NCBI GenBank assembly: GCA_964016885.1
Contig: OZ024763.1
Location: 13,082,001 to 13,146,000 of the forward strand
From: Eledone cirrhosa
Lineage: Eukaryota
Direction: 5' to 3'
DNA: 64,000 bases
The translations under genes and the position numbers were made by a program. The notes under the pieces were generated by a model that was given only the letters and a program-made list of their open reading frames with translations, did not search any database and was not told where the DNA came from. Positions 1 through 12,519 of this stretch are shown one piece after another (position 1 is the stretch's first letter; every line of letters starts with the position of its first letter).

Positions 1-1046
1 ATGAATGTATATATATCTTTATATATATATATATATGTGTGTGTGTATATGCATGAATGTATATATATCTTTATATATATATATATATGTGTGTGTGTGT
101 ATATGCATCCATGTGTATATATATCTTTATATATAAGTGTGTGTGTGTGTGTGTATATAAATCTTTATATATATATATATATGTGTGTATATGTATATGC
201 ATGTATGTATATAAATCTTTATATATATATATAAGTGTGTGTGTGTATATGCATGTATGTATATATATATATCTTTATATATATATATATATAAGTGTGT
301 ATGTGTATAAAGATTGAACAGAAAATCAGAAGAAACCACAAAAATAAATAGTGCAGAGTAGGGGTGGGTGGAGAAGAGAAAGTTTGGGTAGGGGGGTGAG
401 GTAGAGACAGACAGACAGACAGACAGACGACAGACAGACAGACGACAGACAGACAGACAGACAGAGATATATTACTTGAGAGAAAAAGAATAGATATACC
501 TATACACAGATATAGTTAGAGTGTGTGCTCCTTTCGGGGTTTATATATATATATACACACACAGATATATATACAAACATACACATACATACATTCACAC
601 ATACACATAGACATATATACAAACATACACATACATACATACATACATTCACACATACATACATATAGACATATATACAAACATACACATACATACATAT
701 ATACATGCATAAGGGTTTATATATATATACACACACACACAGATATATATAAAAACATACACATACATACATTCACATATATATATATAGACATATATAC
801 AAACATACACATACATACATATATACACGCATAAGGGTTTATATATTTATATATATACACACACACAGATATATATACAAACATACACATACATACATAC
901 ATTCACACATACATATATATATATAGACATATATAGAAACATACACATACATACATATATACACGCATTCATGCATACTCACACACAGAAATGTATATGT
1001 ATATATGTGTGTATATATACAAGCAGGAAAAAGCTGACGTAAAATG

Positions 1047-1095
<49 letters not shown>
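1..1095. repeat. Compound (TA)n/(TG)n/(CA)n and (GACA)n microsatellite region
   Basis: Directly visible dinucleotide and tetranucleotide tracts. Confidence 0.95.
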
Positions 1096-1098
<3 letters not shown>

Positions 1099-1110
1099 CA
1101 TTTTACGCTA

Positions 1111-1402
1111 CATAAATAAATATTGACATACCCGGAAAAAATACAACCATTAAGGTTGTATTTTTTCCAGGTATGTCAATATTTATTCATAAAACAAATC
1201 TGTATTTTATCTGATGAAAGCGCACCATAATTTGCCTTGGTTGCCCTTGAAATATGTATAATGAAATAAATATGGTTTTATAAATACAGTTTCCATTTAT
1301 TAATATATTGAATATTTACGCCACTAAACTGTTGAGTGCTTTATAACAGTTATAAAAATGTTTAAGCTTGTTGAATCCCAACAAATTAAATATAACCTCT
1401 GC
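1111..1402 (+). mobile_element. Penelope-like terminal remnant (family A) with 5' fold-back and hammerhead
   Basis: 34-bp inverted arms at 1115-1148/1154-1187, then a hammerhead and AATAAA. Flanked by (TA)n. A second copy of the 3' part lies at 44581-44742. Confidence 0.65.
1203..1268 (+). ncRNA. Type I minimal hammerhead ribozyme
   Basis: tattttat CTGATGA aagcgcacca..tggttgccctt GAAA tatgta TA atgaaata; 8-bp stem I, intact core. Confidence 0.8.
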
Positions 1403-1407
1403 ATATA

Positions 1408-1473
<66 letters not shown>

Positions 1474-2081
1474 GCAACAGTAACAACTACAATAACAACT
1501 ACAGCACCAACAACTGCCACCACCATCACTGACCATCCACCACCACCACGCTGATACCATCCACCACCACCACACTGACACCATCCACCACCGCCATTAC
1601 CAGCGTAAACAAACAATTATTATTGTTATTGTTATTATATACAAGCCGAACTGGACTGGGAAAGGTCAACAGTTGACATGATAGTGATTTTGACGATTTT
1701 GATTTTGATTTTGATTTTGTATCAGTACTGTCGGTAATATATGTATATATATATATGTTTGTGAGTGGTGTGCGTGATTGTATGCATGAATGAGTGTTGG
1801 TATGTGTGGTTGTGGTTGTGGTTTGTATGCATGAGTATTAGTGTGTGAGTCGTGTCAATAAGTTTCCTTTTTTTTTTTTTTTTTTTTTTAATGACCATGC
1901 TGTAAAATGGAGGGGTAGAGAGGGCCCTTGAGTCTAGTAAGACATCCTCTCTAGTGCTGGTGGCACAAATAAAAGCACCCAGTCCATGCTGTAAAGTGGC
2001 GCTGGTGTTAGGAAGGGCATCCAACCAGTGTATCAATGCCAAAAAGCTTATCAGCACAGCAACAAAACAGCATAGAAAAAT

Positions 2082-3398
2082 ATGAAGACGTCGCATCTCA
2101 GAGTTGCAACACTTAATGTTGGCACTCTCAGAGGTAGGTCTGCTGAAATAGCGGAGATGCTGGAGAGAAGGCAGGTGGATGTGTGCTGCGTGCAAGAGGT
2201 GAGATGGAGGGGTGCCTCTGCGAGACTAGTCGTAGGCAAGCGTCTTAGCTATAAGCTATTCTGGGTAGGTAAGGATGATGGGTTAGGGGGAGTAGGCATT
2301 TTCCTGGCTGAGAAATGGATCAATAAGACAATAGAGGTAGTTCGAGTTAGTAATCGAATAATTAAGCTTAGATTAGTTGTAGGTAGGAGACTACTGACAA
2401 TCATCTCGGTCTATGCTCCCCAAGCAGGCCTAGGCAAAGATGAGAAAGACTGCTTTTATGAGCAACTTTTGCAAACAACCACAATGACAGAGGACGGAGA
2501 CATCGTTATGCTAGCAGGAGACTTCAATGGTCATGTTGGACAGCTCCAGGATGGTTACACTGGGGTACATGGTGGGCACGGTTACGGTTCAAGAAATGAA
2601 GAAGGAGTGAGACTTCTTGAATTTTGTGATGCAAGTACATTGACTATTTGCAACACAAACTTCCAGAAACCTGCCAATCACCTAATAACCTACAAATCTG
2701 GTGAGCACATAAGCCAGATTGACTTCCTGCTAGTTAGGCAGCGGGACAGGCAGATAGTGTCTAATACCAAGGCATACCCTGGGGAAGAATGTACCCCACA
2801 GCATAGGTTAGTTGTTAGTGATATCTCAGTAAGCAAGAGATGGAATGAGACATATAGGAAGGTGTGGAGAAGAAAGGTCTGGAAGCTAAAAGACCTTTCA
2901 CTAAAATTCAAATTTAGGAAAGCCCTTCAAGATGTATATGACGAAAAAGAAGACGATTTAGAGACGTATGACATAGATAATAACTGGAAGTTCTTACGTG
3001 ACAACTTGCTGAAGGCTACTGATGAAACCTGTGGCTGGAGCAGAGCTCCAACCAGACAGAGAGTGACCTGGTGGTGGAACAGCAGTGTAGATAAGGCTAT
3101 TAGAGACAAAAGACTAGCATGGAAGGCTTGGAATAAGGGTGGGAGTAGGGAAGAATATACAGCCACTAAGAGAGAAGCTAGACGTCAGGTGTACTTAGCA
3201 CGCAGGGAGGCAGAGAGTAGGAGGTTTGCCAATGTTCTGCGACGGGAAGATCAGAGGCGTGCGGTGTTCCACATTGCAAGGCAGTGTGTCAATGCAAACC
3301 AGGATGTTGTTGGTGATAAATGTGTCCGGGATGATGCCGGTGTACTTAGTGTCACGAATGACCAGAAAAAAAAAGGAGGCCTGGAAATGTCATTATGA
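2082..3398 (+). CDS. RTE polyprotein N-terminal part: AP-like endonuclease (joins the RT part across a +1 frameshift at A9, 3366-3374)
   Basis: Motifs ATLNV, CVQEVRW, VYAPQ, GDFNGHVG, SQIDF, TPQHRLV. Confidence 0.92.
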   Translation: MKTSHLRVATLNVGTLRGRSAEIAEMLERRQVDVCCVQEVRWRGASARLVVGKRLSYKLFWVGKDDGLGGVGIFLAEKWINKTIEVVRVSNRIIKLRLVVGRRLLTIISVYAPQAGLGKDEKDCFYEQLLQTTTMTEDGDIVMLAGDFNGHVGQLQDGYTGVHGGHGYGSRNEEGVRLLEFCDASTLTICNTNFQKPANHLITYKSGEHISQIDFLLVRQRDRQIVSNTKAYPGEECTPQHRLVVSDISVSKRWNETYRKVWRRKVWKLKDLSLKFKFRKALQDVYDEKEDDLETYDIDNNWKFLRDNLLKATDETCGWSRAPTRQRVTWWWNSSVDKAIRDKRLAWKAWNKGGSREEYTATKREARRQVYLARREAESRRFANVLRREDQRRAVFHIARQCVNANQDVVGDKCVRDDAGVLSVTNDQKKKGGLEMSL

Positions 3399-5154
3399 GA
3401 GACTGATGAATGTGGAGAACGAATGGGAGAGAGAGAAATTACCCTTGGTAGATCCGACAGAGGGACCAGCTATTGAGATTGACGAATATAGGGTCCAAGA
3501 GGCGATTAGGGAAATGAAAAATGGTAAGGCGGCCGGACCATCGGGAATAGTTGCTGAGATGCTGAAGGCATCAGGGGACGTAGGCACTAAACTGGTTGCA
3601 CGCATAATCAATCAGGCTATATATGGTGGTGTCATACCCAAAGACTGGTGCAGCAGTATTCTCATAAATTGCTACAAAGGTAAAGGGGATGCTTTGGAGA
3701 GGAGCAATTATAGGGGTATAAAACTGATAGATCAGGTTATGAAAGTGGCAGAAAGGATTCTAGCACAACTAATTAGAGAAAGGGTCAAACTAGATGAGAT
3801 GCAGTTTGGTTTTGTGCCTGGGAAGAGTACAACAGATGCCCTCTTCTTGGTGAGACAAATGCAAGAGAGGTTCTTAGAGAAGAATAAGCCACTATACTTA
3901 GCCTTTGTTGACCTAGAGAAGGCCTTTGATAGGGTACCCCGATCTGTCATCTGGTGGTCCCTAAGGAAGCTGGGTGTTGAGGAATGGCTTGTAAGGACAG
4001 TGCAAACTTTGTACAGAGGTACTCTCAGTAAAGTCAGGGTAGGAATGGAGTTTAGTGAGGAATTCCAGATACAAGTAGGAGTACATCAGGGTTCGGTCCT
4101 CAGCCCGCTCTTGTTCATTATAGTCCTCCAAGCCATAACAGAGGAGTTTAAGACTGGCTGTCCATGGGAACTTCTCTATGCTGACGATCTGGCTCTTATG
4201 GCAGAATCAGTAGAGGAGCTAGAGAATAAATTCCGGCTATGGAAACAGCAGTTGGAAGCAAGAGGACTGAGAGTAAATCTAGCTAAGACAAAAGTGTTGA
4301 TGAGTAGAAAAGAGGACAAAACCCTGATTCCGTCAGGGAAATGGCCATGTTCGATATGCAGAAAAGGAACTGGCATAAATTCTATAAAATGCACACAATG
4401 TAGGTCCTGGGTACACAAGAGATGTAGCGGGATAGCAGGCAAACTAACAGGTAGGGAGAAATATGTATGCAGTAGATGTACAGGGAAATTAGACAGTAGA
4501 AGTCGCACTGATAGACACATTTTTCAAATGCGAGAGGGCGCTATAGAAGTGGTGGATAGCTTCCGGTACCTAGGAGATCAGATTAGCATGGGAGGAGGGT
4601 GTTCCGAGGCCATAGTATCTAGAATAAGGACGGGTTGGAAGAAGTTTAGGGAGCTGCTTCCTCTGTTGACGAAGAAGGGTTTCTCCCTGCGTACGAAAGG
4701 CCGGTTGTATGATGCCTGTGTGAGGAGCGCGATGCTGCATGGTAGTGAGACATGGGCAGCTACCGCAGAAGATATGCGACGGCTGGAGAGAAATGAGGCA
4801 AGCATGCTCCGTTGGATGTGCAGTGTAAATGTGCGTGAACGACCCAGCTTAAATGTGTTGAGAGAGAAACTGTGTCTGAGAGGGATAGAATGTAGTGTAC
4901 GGGAGAGGAGACTGAGGTGGTATGGACATGTGATGCGCATGGAGGATGACCGATGGGTGAAGAAGTGCCAGGAAATGCCAGTTGAAGGAAGACGTGGTAG
5001 AGGTAGACCACGAAAAACATGGGCGGAGGTGGTGAGAACAGACCTCAGATCATTGAAGCTCACGGTGGAGATGACGAGGGACCGTGACGAGTGGAGAGAT
5101 GCTGTGCTGAATAAGACCCGTCCCACCCTTGCAAGCAGGGAAAAGCGGACGTAA
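3226..5154 (+). CDS. RTE polyprotein C-terminal part: reverse transcriptase with internal PHD-like zinc finger (true reading from about 3375)
   Basis: KAAGPSG, NYRGIKL, QFGFVPG, FVDLEKAFD, GVHQGSVLSPLLF, LYADD, FRYLG, RRLRWYGHV, GRPRKTW. Confidence 0.95.
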   Translation: MPMFCDGKIRGVRCSTLQGSVSMQTRMLLVINVSGMMPVYLVSRMTRKKKEAWKCHYERLMNVENEWEREKLPLVDPTEGPAIEIDEYRVQEAIREMKNGKAAGPSGIVAEMLKASGDVGTKLVARIINQAIYGGVIPKDWCSSILINCYKGKGDALERSNYRGIKLIDQVMKVAERILAQLIRERVKLDEMQFGFVPGKSTTDALFLVRQMQERFLEKNKPLYLAFVDLEKAFDRVPRSVIWWSLRKLGVEEWLVRTVQTLYRGTLSKVRVGMEFSEEFQIQVGVHQGSVLSPLLFIIVLQAITEEFKTGCPWELLYADDLALMAESVEELENKFRLWKQQLEARGLRVNLAKTKVLMSRKEDKTLIPSGKWPCSICRKGTGINSIKCTQCRSWVHKRCSGIAGKLTGREKYVCSRCTGKLDSRSRTDRHIFQMREGAIEVVDSFRYLGDQISMGGGCSEAIVSRIRTGWKKFRELLPLLTKKGFSLRTKGRLYDACVRSAMLHGSETWAATAEDMRRLERNEASMLRWMCSVNVRERPSLNVLREKLCLRGIECSVRERRLRWYGHVMRMEDDRWVKKCQEMPVEGRRGRGRPRKTWAEVVRTDLRSLKLTVEMTRDRDEWRDAVLNKTRPTLASREKRT

Positions 5155-5232
5155 AATGATGATGATGATGATGATGATGATATTATAAAATAACAGGAGG
5201 CTGGATTTGTGTAAATCCTTGAAAGGTTTATT

Positions 5233-5290
5233 ATACTATGATCATTTCAATGACCGGGTTCAGTATGAATCCGGTGACATCATCAGGTAT
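5233..5290 (-). ncRNA. Type I minimal hammerhead ribozyme (family B)
   Basis: Minus strand: atac CTGATGA tgtcaccgg..ccggtcatt GAAA tgatca TA gtat, then AATAAA. Confidence 0.8.
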
Positions 5291-5295
5291 TCAAA

Positions 5296-5328
<33 letters not shown>

Positions 5329-5365
5329 CGGGGATGAATTAGTTTAGCGTATAACAAGTATAACA

Positions 5366-5398
<33 letters not shown>

Positions 5399-5461
5399 TT
5401 GGAAGTTACCAGTTTAGACTAGTAAAACTATGTTCAGTTAAGTACTTGATACTTGGGAAAT

Positions 5462-6163
<702 letters not shown>

Positions 6164-6244
6164 TTATCCCGGGTTCAATCGGGGGTAACCACAGGAAGTA
6201 AAGTACTCAATACCAAGCAGAGTAAAAAAATTTAATATAGAAAT

Positions 6245-6296
6245 GGCTCCTACAGGACAAGAACTGTTTCATTCGTAGGAAATCCTCAGGAAAGCC
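6245..6296 (-). ncRNA. Hammerhead ribozyme (family C) within remnant at about 6166-6300
   Basis: Minus strand: ggctttc CTGAGGA tttcctacgaat GAAA cag-ttcttgtc-ctg TA ggagcc. Related copies at about 11781-11925 (degenerate core), 17765-17874 and 27055-27105. Confidence 0.65.
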
Positions 6297-6310
6297 CTTT
6301 CTGATGTGTA

Positions 6311-6402
<92 letters not shown>

Positions 6403-6409
6403 GTGACAG

Positions 6410-8446
6410 TAGCCAAGGTTGTATTGGTGGTGGTGTTGATGGTGGAGGTAATATTACTTGTGGTGTTGGTAGTGGTGGTGGTTGTGGTGGTAGTAGCAGC
6501 AGTGGTGGTGGTAGCGGTGGTGGTGGTGGTGTTGTTAGTAGTGTGTGTGGTCTTGATGGTGGTGGTGGTGGTGGTGGTACTGGTGGTGGTGGTGGAGGTA
6601 GTGATTGTGCCGGTGGTAGTGGTGTTGGTAGTGTTGGTTGTGGTGGTGGTACTGGTGGTGGTGGTGGAGGTAGTGATTGTGCCGGTGGTAGTGGTGTTGG
6701 TAGTGGTGGTTGTGGTGGTGGTACTGGTGGTGGTGGTGGAGGTAGTGATTGTGCCGGTGGTAGTGGTGTTGGTAGTGGTGGTTGTGGTGGTGGTACTGGT
6801 GGTGGTGGTGGTACTGGTGGTGGTGGTGGAGGTAGTGATTGTGCCGGTGGTAGTGGTGTTGGTAGTGGTGGTTGTGGTGGTGGTACTGGTGGTGGTGGTG
6901 GTACTGGTGGTGGTGGTGGAGGTAGTGATTGTGCCGGTGGTAGTGGTGTTGGTAGTGGTGGTTGTGGTGGTGGTACTGGTGGTGGTGGTGGTACTGGTGG
7001 TGGTGGTGGTACTGGTGGTGGTGGTGGTACTGGTGGTGGTGGTGGAGGTAGTGATTGTGCCGGTGGTAGTGGTGTTGGTAGTGGTGGTTGTGGTGGTGGT
7101 ACTGGTGGTGGTGGTGGTACTGGTGGTGGTGGTGGTACTGGTGGTGGTGGTGGAGGTAGTGATTGTGCCGGTGGTAGTGGTGTTGGTAGTGGTGGTTGTG
7201 GTGGTGGTACTGGTGGTGGTGGTGGTACTGGTGGTGGTGGTGGAGGTAGTGATTGTGCCGGTGGTAGTGGTGTTGGTAGTGGTGGTTGTGGTGGTGGTAC
7301 TGGTGGTGGTGGTGGTACTGGTGGTGGTGGTGGTACTGGTGGTGGTGGTGGAGGTAGTGATTGTGCCGGTGGTAGTGGTGTTGGTAGTGTTGGTTGTGGT
7401 GGTACTGGTGGTGGTACTGGTGGTGGTGGTGGTGGTACTGGTGGTGGTGGTGGAGGGAGTGATTGTGCCGGTGGTAGTGGTGTTGGTAGTGGTGGTTGTG
7501 GTGGTTGTACTGGTGGTGGTGGTGGTACTGGTGGTGGTGGTGGAGGTAGTGATTGTGCTGGTGGTAGTGGTGTTGGTAGTGGTGGTTGTGGTGGTGGTAC
7601 TGGTGGTGGTACTGGTGGTGGTGGTGGTACTGGTGGAGGTAGTGATTGTGCCGGTGGTAGTGGTGGTTGTGGTGGTGGTACTGGTGGTGGTGGTGGAGGT
7701 AGTGATTGTGCTGGTGGTAGTGGTGTTGGTAGTGTTGGTTGTGGTGGTGGTACTGGTGGTGGTACTGGTGGTGGTGGTGGTACTGGTGGAGGTAGTGATT
7801 GTGCCGGTGGTAGTGGTGGTTGTGGTGGTGGTACTGGTGGTGGTGGTGGAGGTAGTGATTGTGCTGGTGGTAGTGGTGTTGGTAGTGTTGGTTGTGGTGG
7901 TGGTACTGGTGGTGGTACTGGTGGTGGTGGTGGTACTGGTGGTGGTACTGGTGGTGGTGGTGGTACTGGTGGTGGTGGTGGAGGTAGTGATTGTGCCGGT
8001 GGTAGTGGTGTTGGTAGTGGTGGTTGTGGTGGTGGTACTGGTGGTGGTACTGGTGGTGGTGGTGGTACTGGTGGTGGTGGTGGAGGTAGTGATTGTGCCG
8101 GTGGTAGTGGTGTTGGTAGTGGTGGTTGTGGTGGTGGTACTGGTGGTGGTGGTGGTACTGGTGGTGGTGGTGGAGGTAGTGATTGTGCCGGTGGTAGTGG
8201 TGGTTGTGGTGGTGGTACTGGTGGTGGAGGTAGTGATTGTGCTGGTGGTAGTGGTGTTGGTAGTGGTGGTTGTGGTGGTGGTACTGGTGGTGGTACTGGT
8301 GGTGGTGGTGGTACTGGTGGTGGTGGTGGAGGTAGTGATTGTGCCGGTGGTAGTGGTGGTTGTGGTGGTGGTATTGGTGGTGGTGGTGGAGGTAGTGATT
8401 GTGCTGGTGGTAGTGGTGTTGGTAGTGTTGGTTGTGGTGGTGGTAC
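6410..8446. repeat. (GGT)n-derived minisatellite with recurring GGAGGTAGTGATTGTGCCGG unit
   Basis: Variable-length tandem units; the poly-T/G/V ORFs are artefacts. Confidence 0.95.
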
Positions 8447-8655
8447 TCCTGCCGTAGATGCTAATGATATACATACATTTTAACTGCCCAAGTGCAGTGG
8501 AGGGAGGTAGCACTCAATACACTGAGATAGTGTTAACACATTAAATATAATAGTAAGAGTCTAACAAGAAATATTTATGTGGCATGGAAAATTCAGTCAT
8601 TAATGGGTGTATAGTATGGGAGATAACTCTGGACATACTGAAATCATATATACGC

Positions 8656-8708
<53 letters not shown>

Positions 8709-8709
<1 letters not shown>

Positions 8710-9050
8710 GGAGGCACATGGCTTAGTGGTTAGAGCATTGGGCTTGCAATCGAAAGGTTGTGAGTTCAATTCTCAGACCGGGTGATGTGTTGTTTCCTTG
8801 AGCAAGACACTTTATGTCACATTGCTCCAGTTTACTCAGCTGTAGAAATGAGATGATAGGGACTGGGGTCCCTATCATTCCACTGCAAAGTGGTCGTGGA
8901 GGTGCCACGGCAAAAAAGCACCCAGCACTCACTGTAAATGAGGTTGGTGTTAGGAAGGGCATCCAGCTGTAGAAATCAAGCCAGAATCAGTTCCCGTCCC
9001 ACCCTTGCAAGCAGGGTAAAAGCGGACATATGATGAAATGATGAAATGAT
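8709..9050 (+). mobile_element. tRNA-CORE SINE with RTE-derived tail (full length)
   Basis: A box TGGCTTAGTGG, B box GTTCAATTC, CORE-like ccttgagcaagacact..cagtttactcagctgtagaaatg; tail matches the 3' end of the LINE at about 5118-5160. Confidence 0.9.
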
Positions 9051-9120
9051 ACATACATACAAATATACACACATACAGATATAAATAGAGACACACACAT
9101 ACACACACACAAACTTAAAA

Positions 9121-10280
9121 CTAGTTAGTAGGCACCTCTGAACCCAATATACACCCCACCCCACACACCCTACCCCATCCTCCCACTTCTTTCCACTGTA
9201 AAATGGTCGTGTAGGTGACACAACAAAAGGGCTCCCAGTCCACACTGTAAAATGGTCGTGTAGGTGACAATAAAAGGGCTCCCAGTCCACACTGTAAGGT
9301 GGTCGTGTAGGTGACACAATAAAAGGGCTCCCAGTCCACACTGTAAGGTAGTCGTGTAGGTGACACGACAAAAGGGCTCCCAGTCCACACTGTAAGGTAG
9401 TCGTGTAGGTGACACAACAAAAGGGCTCCCAGTCCACACTGTAAGGTAGTCATGTAGGTGACACGACAAAAGGGCTCCCAGTCCACACTGTAAGGTAGTC
9501 GTGTAGGTGACACAAGAAAAGGGCTCCCAGTCCACACTGTAAGGTAGTCGTGTAGGTGACACGATAAAAGGGCTCCCAGTCCACACTGTAAGGTAGTCGT
9601 GTAGGTGACACAACAAAAGGGCTCCCAGTCCACACTGTAAGTTGGTCGTGTAGGTGACACGACAAAAGGGCTCCCAGTCCACACTGTAAGGTGGTCGTGT
9701 AGGTGACACAAGAAAAGGGCTCCCAGTCCACACTGTAAGGTAGTCGTGTAGGTGACACGACAAAAGGGCTCCCAGTCCACACTGTAAGGTGGTCGTGTAG
9801 GTGACACGACAAAAGGGCTCCCAGTCCACACTGTAAGGTGGTCGTGTAGGTGACACGACAAAAGGGCTCCCAGTCCACACTGTAAGGTGGTCGTATAGGT
9901 GAGAATAAAAGGGCTCCCAGTCCACACTGTAAGGTGGTCGTATAGGTGAGAATAAAAGGGCTCCCAGTCCACACTGTAAAGTGGTCGTGTAGGAGACACA
10001 ATAAAAGGGTTCCCAGTCCACACTGTAAAGTTGTCATGCAGGAGACACGGCAAAAAGGCTCCCAGTCCACACTGTAAAGTAGTTGTGTAGGTGACATGAA
10101 AAAAAGGCTCCCAGTCCACACTGTAAGGTGGTCGTGCAAGAGACACAGTAAAAAGGCTCTCAGTCCACACAGTAAATGTGGTTGGTGTTAGGAAGGGCAT
10201 CCAGTCATAGAAAACCAGCCCGAGACAGTTCTGTACAAGCGAGACATGGTCACCTGACCAATCTTGCCTCAAGTGGGACA
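9121..10280 (+). mobile_element. 3' UTR of a second RTE family with expanded internal VNTR
   Basis: Both ends match the reverse complement of the 3' UTR following RTE coding sequence at 32410-32695. Confidence 0.7.
9195..10172. repeat. 49-bp minisatellite, about 20 copies
   Basis: Unit ctgtaaggtagtcgtgtaggtgacacgacaaaagggctcccagtccaca. Confidence 0.95.
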
Positions 10281-10283
10281 AAA

Positions 10284-10438
10284 CAGCTGTAGAAATGAGA
10301 TGATAGGACTGGGGTCCCTATCATTCCACTGTAAGGTGGTCGTGGCGGTGCCACAGCAATAAATCACCCAGCATCAGTTCCCGTCCCACCCTTGCAAGCA
10401 GGGAAAAGCGGACGTAAAATGATGATGATGATGATGAT
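10284..10438 (+). mobile_element. Truncated, internally deleted tRNA-CORE SINE
   Basis: Matches SINE body and RTE tail with (GAT)n. Confidence 0.8.
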
Positions 10439-10572
10439 AATATACATATATATATATATAGCTCTGCAATTTTTGAATACGCAAAAATCAGAATTTATTT
10501 TGCTTTAATGGGATATTCATATCTATGTTACATTGAGTTCTAATAGGGTTATAAGTCCTACCTTAATGAGTA

Positions 10573-10614
<42 letters not shown>

Positions 10615-10767
10615 CTCACAGTTCACAAAAACAAGGACAGAACAAAGGAACAATACAAAATAAAAAATTAGTCACAGAGGATATCACAGAATGTTTGATC
10701 TAAGAGTTTTGACAATCAACAAATAAACCACCATCCAGTTATTAAACTAACCAACTGGCAGTTTATA

Positions 10768-11450
10768 TGAGGGCAAGTCAAAAATTATCCACACTTTAAT
10801 CATAACATATCTTTAGGTTTGTCATACTGCCTTCTGCTCATGCGTGCTTATAGTTGGTACTATTGTGGTCATGTGATTGAAGTTTGAGCTTGATTGTGCT
10901 TGTTTTCTTGCTCCTGTTACTGTGTAAATATGGCTGATCTGCTAGCAGTGTCCACCAAGAAGGAACAAAAAGCAGTGATCTGATTTCTCTGATCAGAAAG
11001 TGTGTCAGGGGCTAAAATTCATTGGAGGTTTTTAACACAATATGGCAACAGTGCACTACCACGTGGAAGTGTGTATGAGTGGATTGAGAAGTTGAAAAAT
11101 GGCCAGACAAGCGTGATGCACGAAGAAGGAGCCGGATGCCTGTCAATCTCCATCACTGATGAGAAGATTCAGCAAGCTCGAGAAATGGTAATGGTAGACC
11201 GGCAAGTTGTCATCGATGAATTAACATGTTCTTTGCAGATTAGTCATGGTTCTGTCTATCAAATCATCCACAGTGAGCTCGGCTTCCATAAAGTCTGCGT
11301 GAGATGGGTGCCAAGAGAGCTTACCATAGAGCACAAGTACAAACATGTTGGGGTCTGCCTATGTTTACTTGACTGATACAACATTAAAAGGTGAAGAACT
11401 TTTGAGCAGAATAGTCACAGGAGATGAAATGCGGGTCCATTACTATGGAA
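10768..11450 (+). mobile_element. Mariner transposon 5' portion with transposase pseudogene (ATG 10930)
   Basis: TA + TGAGGG terminus; HTH region, WVPREL, IVTGDE..VHYY; stops and a frameshift. Confidence 0.9.
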
Positions 11451-11955
11451 CAGAAACATCCTGCTGCACACGGCTAGCAGAGAGGCCATGTTTACACTGT
11501 AACAACAGGAGGAAAACTGGCAGAATCAAGCTCAAACTTCGATTATATGACCACAGATGTACCAGCTATAAGCACGTGTGAGCAGAAGGCAGTGTGACAA
11601 ACCTAAAGATAAATTTTTGACATATACTTGTAATAAACTGAAGTGAAAAAACCCCAACAGGTGTGTGTGTTTTTATTGGCAACATGACCCTACCAAAGTA
11701 TAACAACATATACATGTGTGTGTGTGTAAATATATGTATACATGCACACACATATATATGTATATCTATATATATATAAACATTCCTAATGATTTTATAC
11801 AAATGAAACAGTTCTATTCCTGCAGAAGTCATTTCTATATATATAATAAATATGTCTATACTCTACCAATGTATTGAGTTGATTTTTAACTCTGATTATC
11901 CCCTGACATAACTCAGAATCTACGTATTATATCTATATATATATGTGTGTGTGTG

Positions 11956-11992
<37 letters not shown>

Positions 11993-11993
<1 letters not shown>

Positions 11994-12519
11994 CAAGAGG
12001 AATCAAATGCTGTGTGCAGGAGAGGCGGTTGCGTTGGTATGGACATGTGATGCGTATGAAGAATGACAGCTGCATAAAAAGGTGCAGAGCACTAGAAGTC
12101 GATGGAAACCACGGAGTGGGGAGACCCAAGATGACCTGGGATGAGGTGATAAAAGCTGACCTTACCCAATTACACCTCTGAAAGGCGATAACACAGGACC
12201 GTGACCTCTGGCGTCACGCAGTAATACAGAAGACCCGACCCCCCACGGGTACAAGCCGAAGCTGAAGCATATAGACAATATACCCTCACACCCTCCCACT
12301 GTAAAGTGGACATGTAGGCGCCACGGAAAAAAGCACCCAGCACTCACTGTAAATGAGGTTGGTGTTAGGAAGGGCATCCAGCTGTAGAAATCAAGCCAGA
12401 ATCAGTTCCTGTATGAGCAAGACAAGGTCAGCCGACCGGACACTGCCCACAACAGGACAACCCGTCTAACCCATGCTAGCGTGGAAGAACGGACGTAAAA
12501 CGGTGATGATGATGATGAC

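Larger units (their letters stand above)
1890..5181 (+). mobile_element. Near full-length RTE/BovB-clade LINE
   Basis: Short 5' UTR, single APE-RT polyprotein, (GAT)n tail directly after the stop codon. Confidence 0.95.

Noticed and set aside
3360-3400. Programmed -1 ribosomal frameshift at the A run
   Set aside because: The downstream ORF is in the +1 frame, and RTE elements normally have a single ORF.
6207-8513. Long Thr-, Gly- or Val-rich ORFs resembling mucin or glycine-rich proteins
   Set aside because: Open in several frames on both strands because of (GGT)n, and they run into (TA)n; no unique domain.
8709-8785. tRNA gene
   Set aside because: A and B boxes are present but there is no proper acceptor stem and it is fused to the CORE body; SINE head.
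8723-8962. Recurrent ORF MPFLTPTSFTVSAG.. seen many times
   Set aside because: Antisense translation of the SINE.
9195-10172. CRISPR-like regular array
   Set aside because: Head-to-tail units with no unique spacers; eukaryotic retroelement origin.
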